DNA from: an uncultured Ruminococcus sp.
GTDB lineage: Bacteria; Bacillota; Clostridia; Oscillospirales; CAG-272
Direction of reading: 5' to 3'
Length of the DNA stretch: 29,994 nucleotides
NCBI GenBank assembly: GCA_902773455.1
Contig: CACYEW010000214.1
Coordinates: 1-29,994 of the forward strand
Shown piece after piece: positions 1-8,683 of this stretch. Position numbers and translations under genes: made by a program. Numbering within the stretch: position 1 is the first letter of the stretch; the number at the start of each line of letters is the position of its first letter. Under the pieces are notes generated by a model, which was not told where the DNA came from, ran no database searches, and saw nothing but the letters and a program-made list of their open reading frames with translations.

Positions 1-550
1 TCCGTTTCAGCACGCCGAGTATCTTGCCCGTTACCGACGGACGCACCTTCATAAGCGGTCTCGCAAGCATCGCTTCGCGTTCGAGCAGCTCCCGTTTGCC
101 TGCGTTCAGAAGCATCCTCGTCATCGCGCGCTTGAGAAGCATTACGTTATGCTCCGCTATGAACGAATCGTCTGCGGGTATCTCCTCGGTATCCTTTACC
201 ATTCTGCCGCCGTATATCTTTATCATTTCGTCGAGATCCGCGGCGACCTCTTTCGCATGCTTGTACTCGATAAGGGCGTTTGCAAGCTGAGTTCTCGGGT
301 CTTCCTTCTCCTCGCCCTCGGGCTGAGGCAGAAGCATACGGCTCTTTATGAGCATCAGCTCCGACGCCATAACGAGAAATTCGCCGGCTATATCCATATC
401 CATTTTCTGCATCTCGTCAAGGTAAGCGAGATACTGATCGCACAAAAGCGAGATCGGAATGTCGGTAATGTCTATTTTGTTTTTGTAAATGAGGGAGAGA
501 AGCAGGTCGAGAGGACCCTCGAATATCTCGATTTTATAAGTAGGTTCCAT
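1..550 (-). CDS. scpA: Segregation and condensation protein A (kleisin); partial, runs off the window start
   Basis: Not in the ORF track; translated by hand from ATG at 550 as MEPTYKIEIFEGPLDLLLSLIYKNKIDITDIPI...QYLAYLDEMQKMDMDIAGEFLVMASELMLIKSRMLLP, which carries the ScpA signatures FEGPLDLLL and IKSRMLLP. RBS-like GGTGA lies upstream. Confidence 0.92.
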   Translation of the reverse strand, partial: MEPTYKIEIFEGPLDLLLSLIYKNKIDITDIPISLLCDQYLAYLDEMQKMDMDIAGEFLVMASELMLIKSRMLLPQPEGEEKEDPRTQLANALIEYKHAKEVAADLDEMIKIYGGRMVKDTEEIPADDSFIAEHNVMLLKRAMTRMLLNAGKRELLEREAMLARPLMKVRPSVTGKILGVLKR

Positions 551-559
551 AGATCACCG

Positions 560-1255
560 TCAGCTGATTATCAATCGCAGCTCACCGAGCCCCGGTATCA
601 GAGATACGAGATAAATCATTCCGTTTGAAATATAAGAGCAGATCGTGCTTATAAACTCGAATCCGATAAAGTATAAAAACACGAAAAACAGTATCATTAT
701 GATCCGCTCGTATTTCATAACGCCGAAATAGATCTTGTCGGGCAGAAAGATCAGCGCGAGGCGCGAACCGTCGAGCGGAGGCACGGGCAGCATATTGAAC
801 ACCGCGTAAACGAGGTTCAGATAGTGGAACATATAAAAGAACTGAAATACGAGCCACAATGCCGTCGAGTCGGCGTTCGCCGAAAAAACGTAAAACGATA
901 TTACGAACGGTATCATTCCGAGTATCGAAAGTATCAGATTCGATACGGGACCGGCGAACGCCGTCAGCGCCATGCCTTTTTTCGGATTATCGAAATTTCT
1001 CGCGTTTACCGGTACGGGTTTCGCCCAGCCTATACCGAAAAGAACGAGCGAAATCGACCCTATCAGATCGAGATGCTTTAAGGGATTCATCGTCAGTCTG
1101 CCGAGGTTTCTCGCCGTATCGTCGCCCATTTTATGTGCGACGTAGGCGTGACTCATTTCGTGAAACGACAGCGCGATCGCCACGATCGGCAGACGGATCA
1201 GAAATAAAGCTATATTGACGGGGCTTGAGAAAATCTGCGTAATATGACTTAACAT
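560..1255 (-). CDS. Site-2 protease family (M50) Zn-dependent intramembrane metalloprotease
   Basis: HExxH (FHEMSHA) in a hydrophobic segment, AGPVSN and the NMLPVPPLDG motif. The position directly upstream of scpA is typical of Clostridia. Confidence 0.9.
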   Translation of the reverse strand: MLSHITQIFSSPVNIALFLIRLPIVAIALSFHEMSHAYVAHKMGDDTARNLGRLTMNPLKHLDLIGSISLVLFGIGWAKPVPVNARNFDNPKKGMALTAFAGPVSNLILSILGMIPFVISFYVFSANADSTALWLVFQFFYMFHYLNLVYAVFNMLPVPPLDGSRLALIFLPDKIYFGVMKYERIIMILFFVFLYFIGFEFISTICSYISNGMIYLVSLIPGLGELRLIIS

Positions 1256-1256
1256 T

Positions 1257-2552
1257 TCAGACCTCGTTTTTGATCAGATCCGCATAGCTTTCGCGTTTCA
1301 CGGCGAGCTTGTCTGTGCCGCCCGATACGAGAACTATCGGCGGGCGCGGGATCCTGTTGTAATTCGACGCCATCGAATAATTGTACGCGCCGGTGACGAG
1401 CACGGCGAGTATATCGCCGCGTTCGGCGTTCTGCATGGTCATACCCTCGCCGATGAGATCGCCCGATTCGCAGCATCTGCCGCCGACCGTGTATTTGCAG
1501 TCGCAGGCGCGGTCCGCCTTGTTTGCGATCAGCGCGGTGTATTTCGATTTATAAAGCGCGTATCTCGGATTGTCCGGCATACCGCCGTCGATCGAAATGT
1601 ACGTGCGGAAGCGCGGTATCGCTTTTTTTGATCCGACGGTGTAGAGCGTAACGCCCGCCGCGCCGACTATGCCGCGCCCCGGTTCCATGAATACGGTCGG
1701 CACCTTCATGCCGTTTTCGCGGCAGAATTCCTTTAGCGTATCGCCGATCTGCTTCGTATAGGCGAACACGTCGATTTCGGGATCGGCTTCGGTATACCTT
1801 ACGCCGAAGCCGCCGCCGAGATTTATTATCTCCGCTTCGTAACCGTATTTGTTTTTCATATCGAGTGAAAACGAAGCCATTATCCTCGCCGCGCGGCAGA
1901 AGGGTTCGCATTCGAATATCTGCGAGCCGATATGGCAGTGATATCCGCAAAGCTTTATATTGCCGAGAGCGAGCGCTTTTTTCAGCATTTTTTCGGCGGC
2001 GCCGGTCGCTATGGGCGAGCCGAATTTGCTGTCGACCTTGCCGGTGCGTACGGCGGCGAACGTGTGCGGATCTATGCCGGGAGTGAGCCGCAGAAGGATC
2101 TTCTGCTTCTTTTTCAACCTGCCGCAGATATCGTTGAGCGCGTAAAGCTCTTCTTCACAGTCGACGACGAAGTATCCTACGCCGGACTTCACGCCGAATT
2201 CGATATCGGCGTCGGTCTTATTATTGCCGTGAAAACACGACTTCGACATATCGAAGCCGGCTTTTTTTGCGGTGTATAACTCGCCAGGCGAAACGATATC
2301 CGTTCCGAGCCCTTCCTCGGCTATTATTCTGTATATCCCGAGAAACGAAAGCGATTTGCTTGCAAAAAACGGCAGAGCGGTTTCACCGAACGCTTCTTTG
2401 AGCGCGGCTTTGTATATCCTGCACCTCTGTCTTATCATATCCTCGTCGAGAACGTATAACGGCGTGCCGTACTTTTCGGCAAGCAAAACGCAGTCCGCAC
2501 CGCCGACGCAGAGATGGCCTTTTTCGTTTACCGTATAATTTTCGTGTATCAT
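1257..2552 (-). CDS. lysA: Diaminopimelate decarboxylase
   Basis: YGTPLYV, PLP-lysine motif FASKS, HCHIGSQIF, NLGGGFG, EPGRGIV, CCESGD and GAYNYSMASNYN; 431 aa. Confidence 0.95.
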   Translation of the reverse strand: MIHENYTVNEKGHLCVGGADCVLLAEKYGTPLYVLDEDMIRQRCRIYKAALKEAFGETALPFFASKSLSFLGIYRIIAEEGLGTDIVSPGELYTAKKAGFDMSKSCFHGNNKTDADIEFGVKSGVGYFVVDCEEELYALNDICGRLKKKQKILLRLTPGIDPHTFAAVRTGKVDSKFGSPIATGAAEKMLKKALALGNIKLCGYHCHIGSQIFECEPFCRAARIMASFSLDMKNKYGYEAEIINLGGGFGVRYTEADPEIDVFAYTKQIGDTLKEFCRENGMKVPTVFMEPGRGIVGAAGVTLYTVGSKKAIPRFRTYISIDGGMPDNPRYALYKSKYTALIANKADRACDCKYTVGGRCCESGDLIGEGMTMQNAERGDILAVLVTGAYNYSMASNYNRIPRPPIVLVSGGTDKLAVKRESYADLIKNEV

Positions 2553-2561
2553 AAGATCACC

Positions 2562-3149
2562 TTAATCCAAATGCTGAAGAATTTTCTTCCATACTTCGTC
2601 TTTGCCCGTTCCTTTGAGAGAAGAGAACGGTATCACGGGAGATGCGCCTACGGACGGATCTGCGCAGAGAGCCGAGACCGAAGCGGCCTGTTCGGTTTTG
2701 TTCAGCTTGTCAGCTTTCGTGCCGATAACGCAGAAAGGGATCTTGTTTGCGTTAAGCCAATCGAGCATCATCCTGTCGTCTTCCGTGAGACCTACTTTCA
2801 GATCAACGAGCTGTAGCACGAGAGCGATATTTCCGCTTTTCGTGAGATAGGCGTCGGTAAGAGCCGAAAAACCGCCTTTTCTTTCAGCCGATCTCTTCGC
2901 GTAGCCGTATCCCGGCAGATCTGCGAAATACAGCCTGCCGTCTATTATGTAGAAATTCACCGTTACGGTCTTGCCCGGCGCGGAGCTTACTCTCGCAAGC
3001 GATTTTCTGTTCAATAAAGCGTTTATGAGCGAGCTTTTGCCGACGTTCGATCTGCCCGAGAAAACTATCTGAGGCAGACCGTCCGCGGGAAACTGATCCG
3101 GGCGGCCGGCGGATATGGAAAGCCCGGTTTTGTTGAGGTTCAGGTTCAT
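2562..3149 (-). CDS. engB: Ribosome biogenesis GTPase YsxC/YihA/EngB
   Basis: GRSNVGKSSLIN (G1), PGKT (G2), DLPGYGYA (G3) and TKADK (G4); start overlaps the lon stop (ATGA at 3149-3146). Confidence 0.96.
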   Translation of the reverse strand: MNLNLNKTGLSISAGRPDQFPADGLPQIVFSGRSNVGKSSLINALLNRKSLARVSSAPGKTVTVNFYIIDGRLYFADLPGYGYAKRSAERKGGFSALTDAYLTKSGNIALVLQLVDLKVGLTEDDRMMLDWLNANKIPFCVIGTKADKLNKTEQAASVSALCADPSVGASPVIPFSSLKGTGKDEVWKKILQHLD

Positions 3150-5545
3150 GCCCTGATACCCGGTCTGTCGCCGCTCCGGCTTATAACGGTATAAGCGACG
3201 TCCGATCTTCCGCCGTGTACGAACGCGGCTTCAAGCACGTCGTCGGCGGTACTGCACGGTATGAATTCGAGCGAACCGCGGACGAGAGGATCTATTTCGG
3301 AAAGATCGGATACGTTGTCGGTCGGTATGAGAACGCGTTTTACTCCGGCTGTATACGCCGCCATCGTCTTTTCCTTAAGACCGCCTATCGGCAAGACCTT
3401 GCCGCGAAGAGTTATCTCGCCTGTCATCGCCGTGTCGCGCCTTACGGGCGTGCCGGAGAGAGCCGATGCGACCGCGGTCATCATCGTTACGCCGGCTGAC
3501 GGACCGTCCTTCGGCGTGGCGCCTTCGGGTACGTGGATATGTATGTCTTTGTTTTTATAAAACTGCGGATCTATATTGAGCCTGTCGGCGACCGTTCTGA
3601 TATACGTTATAGCCGCGTGCGCCGATTCCTTCATAACGTCGCCGAGCGAACCGGTCAGATCGAGCTTGCCCGTGCCTTCCGTGACGGCGGCTTCGACCTT
3701 AAGCAGATCTCCGCCGACAGACGTATACGCAAGGCCGTTCACACAGCCGATCTGATCCTCTTCGTCGATCTTTTCGGGCGGCATTTTGTGACCCTGAAGA
3801 TACGTTTCGAGGTCTTTTTTCTTTATCACGACCTTTTTCGTGCTGCCGGACGCAAGCTCCACCGCAGCTTTTCTCATAAGCGAACCGATCGTGCGCTCAA
3901 GATTGCGGACGCCCGCCTCGCGCGTATAAGAATCTATTATCTCATACAGAGCCTCGTCGTCTATCGCGAACTGAGAAGCTTTCAGACCGTGACGCTTTCT
4001 TTGCTTCGGTATCAGATGGCGGCGCGCTATTTCGAATTTTTCGTTTTTCGTATAGGTATCGAGCTCGATAACGTCCATACGGTCGAGCAGAGGTCTCGGT
4101 ACGGTGTCGAGCGTGTTCGCCGTGCAGATGAACATACAGCGCGAAAGATCTACGGGCATTTCGATGAAATGATCGCGGAACGATACGTTCTGTTCGCCGT
4201 CGAGCACCTCGAGCATGGCGGAAGCGGGATCGCCGTGTATATCGCTCGACATTTTATCTATCTCGTCGAGCAGTATCAGCGGATTCATCGTACCGGCGGT
4301 CGTTATCGCCGTGATTATCCTGCCGGGCATCGAGCCGATATAAGTCTTTCTGTGGCCTCTTATATCAGCCTCGTCGCGTATGCCGCCGAGAGAAGCGCGT
4401 ACGAATTTGCGCCCCGTCGCTTCGGCGACGGAGGATGCTATGGAAGTTTTGCCCACGCCGGGAGGTCCGACGAGGCAGATTATCGGGCTTTTCGCTTCGG
4501 GATTGAGCTGTTTTACGGCAAGGAATTCGAGGATCCTTTTCTTGACTCGCTCAAGACCGCTGTGATCGCGGTCGAGTATTTTTCTCGCGTGTTCTATATC
4601 GGTGCGGTCTTTTGAATATCTGCCCCACGGAATATCGAAAACGGCGTCGAGATAGTTGCGGAGCACAGAGCTTTCCGCCGACGTATATGGTGATTTTGCA
4701 AGCTTTCTTATATCTTTCGATATCTTTTCCTTGCAGTCGTCCGGCATAGCCGACGCTTCGAGCTTTGCGGTGTATTCTTCTATCTCCTCGTCTTCCTCGT
4801 CGAGCTCTTCTTCTATCGCCTTCAGCTGTTCGCGCAGATAATAGTCGCGCTGGTTTTTATCCATCGATTCTTTGACCTTTGCGCGTATCTTCTGTTCGGT
4901 CTTGAGAATATCTATCTCCGTTTCGAGCAGGCGCAGAAGGAGCTTCGCCCTGTCGGTCGGATCGAATTCGCTCAATACAAGCTGTTTATCCTCGTTTTTG
5001 ACGAGGATGTTAGCGGCTATGAAATCGGTAAGCAGCGGCAGAGACTCCGTCGAAGCGATGACGAGAAGTATCTGCGGCGAGAGCTTCGCCGTGTATTTCG
5101 ATATTTCCTGCACCGAATCGTAAAGAGAGCGGCACAGCGCGCCGTCGGAGCGGGATATCGATCCGTCGGGTATCGCCTCGCGGGCGATCAGCTCTGCGCG
5201 TATCATCTGTCTCGCTTCGATATAGTGGTTGCAAAGAGCTCTGTATTTGCCCTCGAAAAGCACTCTGACCGAACCGTCGGCGCTTTTCGCGGTCTGCTTG
5301 ATCTTCGCCACCGTGCCTATGCGGTACAGATCCGCGGCTTTGGGGCGTTCAGCCGACACGTTTTCCTGCGTGACGATAAAAACGTAACCGTCGGCGTTAT
5401 TCGCCGCCTCGTACGCTTTTTTGCAGATATCGCGCGTCAGCTCGAAATTTATTGTGATGTTCGGAAAAGCGACCGAGCCCCTGACCGGTATGCACGGGAG
5501 CACCTTTTCCGCCATAGGCTGAATGAATCTTTTTGAAATTGCCAT
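3146..5545 (-). CDS. lon: ATP-dependent Lon protease (endopeptidase La)
   Basis: Lon N-domain, Walker A GPPGVGKTS, pore loop GHRKTYIGSMPG, Walker B LLDEIDK, catalytic PKDGPSAG and GGLKEK; 799 aa. Confidence 0.97.
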   Translation of the reverse strand: MAISKRFIQPMAEKVLPCIPVRGSVAFPNITINFELTRDICKKAYEAANNADGYVFIVTQENVSAERPKAADLYRIGTVAKIKQTAKSADGSVRVLFEGKYRALCNHYIEARQMIRAELIAREAIPDGSISRSDGALCRSLYDSVQEISKYTAKLSPQILLVIASTESLPLLTDFIAANILVKNEDKQLVLSEFDPTDRAKLLLRLLETEIDILKTEQKIRAKVKESMDKNQRDYYLREQLKAIEEELDEEDEEIEEYTAKLEASAMPDDCKEKISKDIRKLAKSPYTSAESSVLRNYLDAVFDIPWGRYSKDRTDIEHARKILDRDHSGLERVKKRILEFLAVKQLNPEAKSPIICLVGPPGVGKTSIASSVAEATGRKFVRASLGGIRDEADIRGHRKTYIGSMPGRIITAITTAGTMNPLILLDEIDKMSSDIHGDPASAMLEVLDGEQNVSFRDHFIEMPVDLSRCMFICTANTLDTVPRPLLDRMDVIELDTYTKNEKFEIARRHLIPKQRKRHGLKASQFAIDDEALYEIIDSYTREAGVRNLERTIGSLMRKAAVELASGSTKKVVIKKKDLETYLQGHKMPPEKIDEEDQIGCVNGLAYTSVGGDLLKVEAAVTEGTGKLDLTGSLGDVMKESAHAAITYIRTVADRLNIDPQFYKNKDIHIHVPEGATPKDGPSAGVTMMTAVASALSGTPVRRDTAMTGEITLRGKVLPIGGLKEKTMAAYTAGVKRVLIPTDNVSDLSEIDPLVRGSLEFIPCSTADDVLEAAFVHGGRSDVAYTVISRSGDRPGIRA

Positions 5546-5564
5546 GTTGAAATAATTACCTCGG

Positions 5565-5588
5565 AAAAAAGATATGACACATCATATC
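5565..5588 (-). terminator. Weak intrinsic terminator-like hairpin upstream of lon (could instead be an operator)
   Basis: Minus-strand GATATGA-TGTG-TCATATC followed by TTTTTT. The 7-bp stem is AT-rich. Confidence 0.4.
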
Positions 5589-5632
5589 ATAAAATTATAA
5601 ATATATATACGTAGAATTTGTAAATTATGTTA

Positions 5633-6157
5633 TCAGAACCCGTCTCTCGTGATCACGTTCGCCGCGGGTACGGCAAAGAACGTTATCACCGCGGCTATGA
5701 GAAATCCGGAAAGCATCGGCAGGCCGGCGATCGATATAAGCTCCGCAGATACGGCTTCTTCCGCAAAATTCGGCATTATGTGCTTCACGGCGAGATAATA
5801 CGGAAAGTATCCCGCGAAGATCCCGAGTATATCGGAAAAGAGCAGACCGAGCTCAAGCTTGTTCGCGCCGAAAACTATCCCGAACATAAGAAGAGCGGGA
5901 ACGGCGGCGATAACGTAGAACAAGGCGTGCATACCCGGGGCGGCGATGAGAAAGTCGGGTACAAGACACATCACCGCGAATACGGCGCCGGGCGCGTATC
6001 TTTTCGTGATAAGCATCGTCATAAAGGTCGAGACGGTTATAACTACCGCTAAACCCGTGCAGAACGGAGTTTTCGCAAGCAGTAAAAGCAGCTGAGCGGC
6101 GGCGAAAACGGAAAAAGTCACCGCGTACTCTATAAGCGATCTCGGTTTTATCTTCAT
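5633..6157 (-). CDS. Integral membrane protein (~6 TM, 174 aa); possible ECF transporter S component (MptD/Trep_Strep-like)
   Basis: About six hydrophobic segments. Start reassigned to ATG 6157 (MKIKPRS), which makes an ATGA overlap with the upstream stop and has GGAGG 10 nt upstream. The S-component call rests only on size, topology and loose resemblance. Confidence 0.6.
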   Translation of the reverse strand: MKIKPRSLIEYAVTFSVFAAAQLLLLLAKTPFCTGLAVVITVSTFMTMLITKRYAPGAVFAVMCLVPDFLIAAPGMHALFYVIAAVPALLMFGIVFGANKLELGLLFSDILGIFAGYFPYYLAVKHIMPNFAEEAVSAELISIAGLPMLSGFLIAAVITFFAVPAANVITRDGF

Positions 6158-7698
6158 AGCGAACACGCCTCCGCGGCGGCAAGCAGTTTTATTTTCGCGG
6201 AATCGAGAACGGCGGGGTCGCCGTCAAAATCCGTGAAGCTCCGCGCGACCGACAGACAGATCGATCTCGCAAGCGCCGGATCCTTCTTTTCGACGATTTT
6301 CAATAGCTCATATTCGGTTATTCCTTCGAGCGTTGCGAAATATCTGTTCGAAGGCGTAACGCGGTTATTTTCCTTATCGTAATAGACGATGAATCCGTCG
6401 CCCTTGAACCTCGCGGCGGGGCTTGTGCCGTACAGACTCGTCTCCGACCAGTAGTTATATCCCCAGTGCAGAAATCCGTCTATGCCTCTCGCGTAGCACG
6501 CCCAGCTCATCATACGGCTGTATCTGTGCGGCTGATCTATGAATTTGTTCAAAAACCACGCTTCTTCCGGGAAACAGCACGAATAGACCCAGAGCTGATC
6601 GCCCGCTTTTTTTCTTCTGTCGTAGTAATCGGCGCCTTCTTCATAGACGTTTATTCTCGGTATGAACTGATCGCAGTATCCTTCGAGACCGAGGCCGGAG
6701 GGATGCTCGTCTATCGGCTCGCCGCAGACCACGCCGGGAGCGGCTTTGCGGCAGATCTCGCGCGCCCATTTCCACGCTTCGGTATAGTGCGGTTCGTCCT
6801 GTAATCTGAACTGCAGAAGTCCGAGCTGACCGCGTTCTTTGAAATGGCGGTAAAGTCCTCCGAAATATGCGTATGCCCATAATTCGGCGTCTTTTTCCGT
6901 ATATTCGACGTTTTTGACCGAGCCGTCATAATCGATGACCGGTATCGTTTTCCCGAACACCGAGGCGATGACAGACCTTGCCGAGATATGCTTTACCGGC
7001 ACACGCTCGAGCATGAAATCGAGATATTCGTCAACGAACGAGAAATCGAGATCCCATTCCGTTTCGGATACGCGTTTCGACTTTGCGTGAGTAAGAAGCG
7101 GCATAAAACATACGTCGAAGCTGTTGTTTCTCAGATATGAAAGCGAACCGGCGTACGATTCGAGAAAAGCGTACCACTTCGCGCTGCCGATCTCGCCGGC
7201 TTCTTCATAAAACGGGTTGAGAAAATACTCGAGGCAGAATTCGCCCTCGTCTGCGTCGGGCAGGGTCACTCCGTAGACTCTGACCGTGCAGGGTACGGTG
7301 AAAACGCCCGCCGTCGTATCGATCACGGCGTTGAAACGGCAAAGTCCGGCTACGGCGTCTCTGTCGATATCCGCGATTATCCAGATACTTTGCGTATATT
7401 CGGCTTTTACCTCGCGGCTTTTCGCGTCGGAAAGCTTGTCGGGATAAGGTACGCCGTCGTTATACGTCACCGTATCCTGATATAAGTATCTTACGCTTCC
7501 CTCGCCGCAGATGAACGGGGCGGAGAAGTCCGAAAACGAAACCGAGCTGATGACGAAATCGGCGTGCTCTCGTAAGACTATCTGCCCGGCGCACATACCG
7601 CCCCTGCAGCCGTGAAGAGAGAGACGGTGAGGATCGGTGCGGCTTTCTCTCGTGTTCGTGTAAACGCTTTCAGCCGACGATTTACAGAATAAATACAT
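6154..7698 (-). CDS. DUF4091-domain protein; putative glycoside hydrolase family 123-like (beta-N-acetylhexosaminidase-like), cytoplasmic
   Basis: LQDEP acid pair and C-terminal WVYSCCFP...NKFIDQP..YSRMMSWACY..GIDGFLHWGYNYW...GDGFIVY typical of DUF4091. Start reassigned to ATG 7698 (GGAGG RBS). No signal peptide. Confidence 0.78.
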   Translation of the reverse strand: MYLFCKSSAESVYTNTRESRTDPHRLSLHGCRGGMCAGQIVLREHADFVISSVSFSDFSAPFICGEGSVRYLYQDTVTYNDGVPYPDKLSDAKSREVKAEYTQSIWIIADIDRDAVAGLCRFNAVIDTTAGVFTVPCTVRVYGVTLPDADEGEFCLEYFLNPFYEEAGEIGSAKWYAFLESYAGSLSYLRNNSFDVCFMPLLTHAKSKRVSETEWDLDFSFVDEYLDFMLERVPVKHISARSVIASVFGKTIPVIDYDGSVKNVEYTEKDAELWAYAYFGGLYRHFKERGQLGLLQFRLQDEPHYTEAWKWAREICRKAAPGVVCGEPIDEHPSGLGLEGYCDQFIPRINVYEEGADYYDRRKKAGDQLWVYSCCFPEEAWFLNKFIDQPHRYSRMMSWACYARGIDGFLHWGYNYWSETSLYGTSPAARFKGDGFIVYYDKENNRVTPSNRYFATLEGITEYELLKIVEKKDPALARSICLSVARSFTDFDGDPAVLDSAKIKLLAAAEACSL

Positions 7699-7712
7699 AA
7701 TGTTTCCTCCGG

Positions 7713-8513
7713 TCAAAGAATGAAATGTATCATACGAAGAACTTCGGTGTACGAATCGGATTCGAAAAGAAGCGTCTTGCCGTCAAGACGTACCACGCCG
7801 GGATAAAGGCTGTTTCTGTTCGCCGTGTTTATATCTCTGTAAGAGATTTCGACCGCGAAATGCTTCGGCAGTTTGATTTTGCAGGTCTTTCTGAAATCGG
7901 AAGACAACGCGTCCTCCATGCCGCGGCGTATGTTTCTGCACGCTGTTTCGGGATGCTCGGATATACACGCTCCGCCGAAACCGCGCTTTGTCGGTACCGC
8001 GGTGATGCCCGGTATCATTTCCTTAGCCGATTCGCACAACGCCTCGTCGCCCGAAATGAATATGACCGGTACGCCGTACATCGCGGCGGTGTATGCGTTT
8101 ATAACGAATTCCGATGCGTATTTGCCGTTGATCTTTACGTAATGGGCCGCCGTCGTCATCGTGTGAGAAAGCGAGTTGCCCTCGCTCATCGCCGCCGAAT
8201 GGTAGCCGGTGAAAGCCGCCGCGTCGAATTTATCGGTATCGATACCGCTCATCATACAGTTGAGATCGCCCGCCCAGCCGCGTATCAGCTTCGCCGAAGG
8301 ATGCAGCTTGTCCGGCAGGATGTTTTTCGCGCTGTCGTGCGCGTCTTTGACGAGTATCTCCCAGCCGAGTCTGTCGGCGGCGGCGCACGCCGCGCTGACC
8401 TCTGCCGTCATTTGTTCTGCAAAATACGCGTATCTGCTGTGACCGTATTCGGTCTCTTCCCAACACGTGATCCCGCACGTGCCTTCAATATCGGCGGAAA
8501 TGAATAATTTCAT
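7713..8513 (-). CDS. dppA: D-aminopeptidase, peptidase family M55 (DppA-like)
   Basis: ISADIEG, DAHD, GYHS, SHTM and SEFVIN supply the DppA-type Zn ligands (D, E, H, H, E). Start at ATG 8513 (MKLFISADIEG) with AGGAG RBS. Confidence 0.9.
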   Translation of the reverse strand: MKLFISADIEGTCGITCWEETEYGHSRYAYFAEQMTAEVSAACAAADRLGWEILVKDAHDSAKNILPDKLHPSAKLIRGWAGDLNCMMSGIDTDKFDAAAFTGYHSAAMSEGNSLSHTMTTAAHYVKINGKYASEFVINAYTAAMYGVPVIFISGDEALCESAKEMIPGITAVPTKRGFGGACISEHPETACRNIRRGMEDALSSDFRKTCKIKLPKHFAVEISYRDINTANRNSLYPGVVRLDGKTLLFESDSYTEVLRMIHFIL

Positions 8514-8543
8514 GGTTTTTGTCTCCTGAGCATATTTTTTTAT

Positions 8544-8572
8544 ATTATAGTACAAAAAATATATATTGTCAA
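8544..8572 (-). promoter_or_regulatory. Perfect-consensus sigmaA promoter for the dppA operon
   Basis: TTGACA (8572-8567), 17 bp, TATAAT (8549-8544) on the minus strand. Confidence 0.85.
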
Positions 8573-8619
8573 TAAAAAATCGAAAAATACCGCCTTACAA
8601 TTATTTTTTTGAAAATCTC

Positions 8620-8648
8620 TTGAAATCCGCAAAAAATTATGGTATGAT
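8620..8648 (+). promoter_or_regulatory. sigmaA promoter for the GH99-like lipoprotein / rimM / trmD operon
   Basis: TTGAAA (8620-8625), 17 bp, TATGAT (8643-8648) with an extended TGn. Confidence 0.7.
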
Positions 8649-8683
8649 ATATCAGTAAAATTGTTTTTATCCGGAGTACCGAT

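Noticed and set aside
2553-2561. Lysine riboswitch upstream of lysA
   Set aside because: The intergenic gap is only 9 nt, leaving no room for an L-box.
4770-4815. Acidic low-complexity tract in Lon (EEELDEEDEEIEEY)
   Set aside because: A normal feature of the Lon coiled-coil region ahead of the AAA+ module.
5546-5632. CIRCE (HrcA) or CtsR heat-shock operators upstream of lon
   Set aside because: Neither TTAGCACTC-N9-GAGTGCTAA nor the CtsR heptad direct repeat is present.
7699-8555. Longer ORF-track starts for DUF4091 (7716) and dppA (8555); also 6166, 13757 and 17788
   Set aside because: Downstream ATGs have properly spaced RBSs and match family N-termini. The longer starts overlap promoters or upstream genes.
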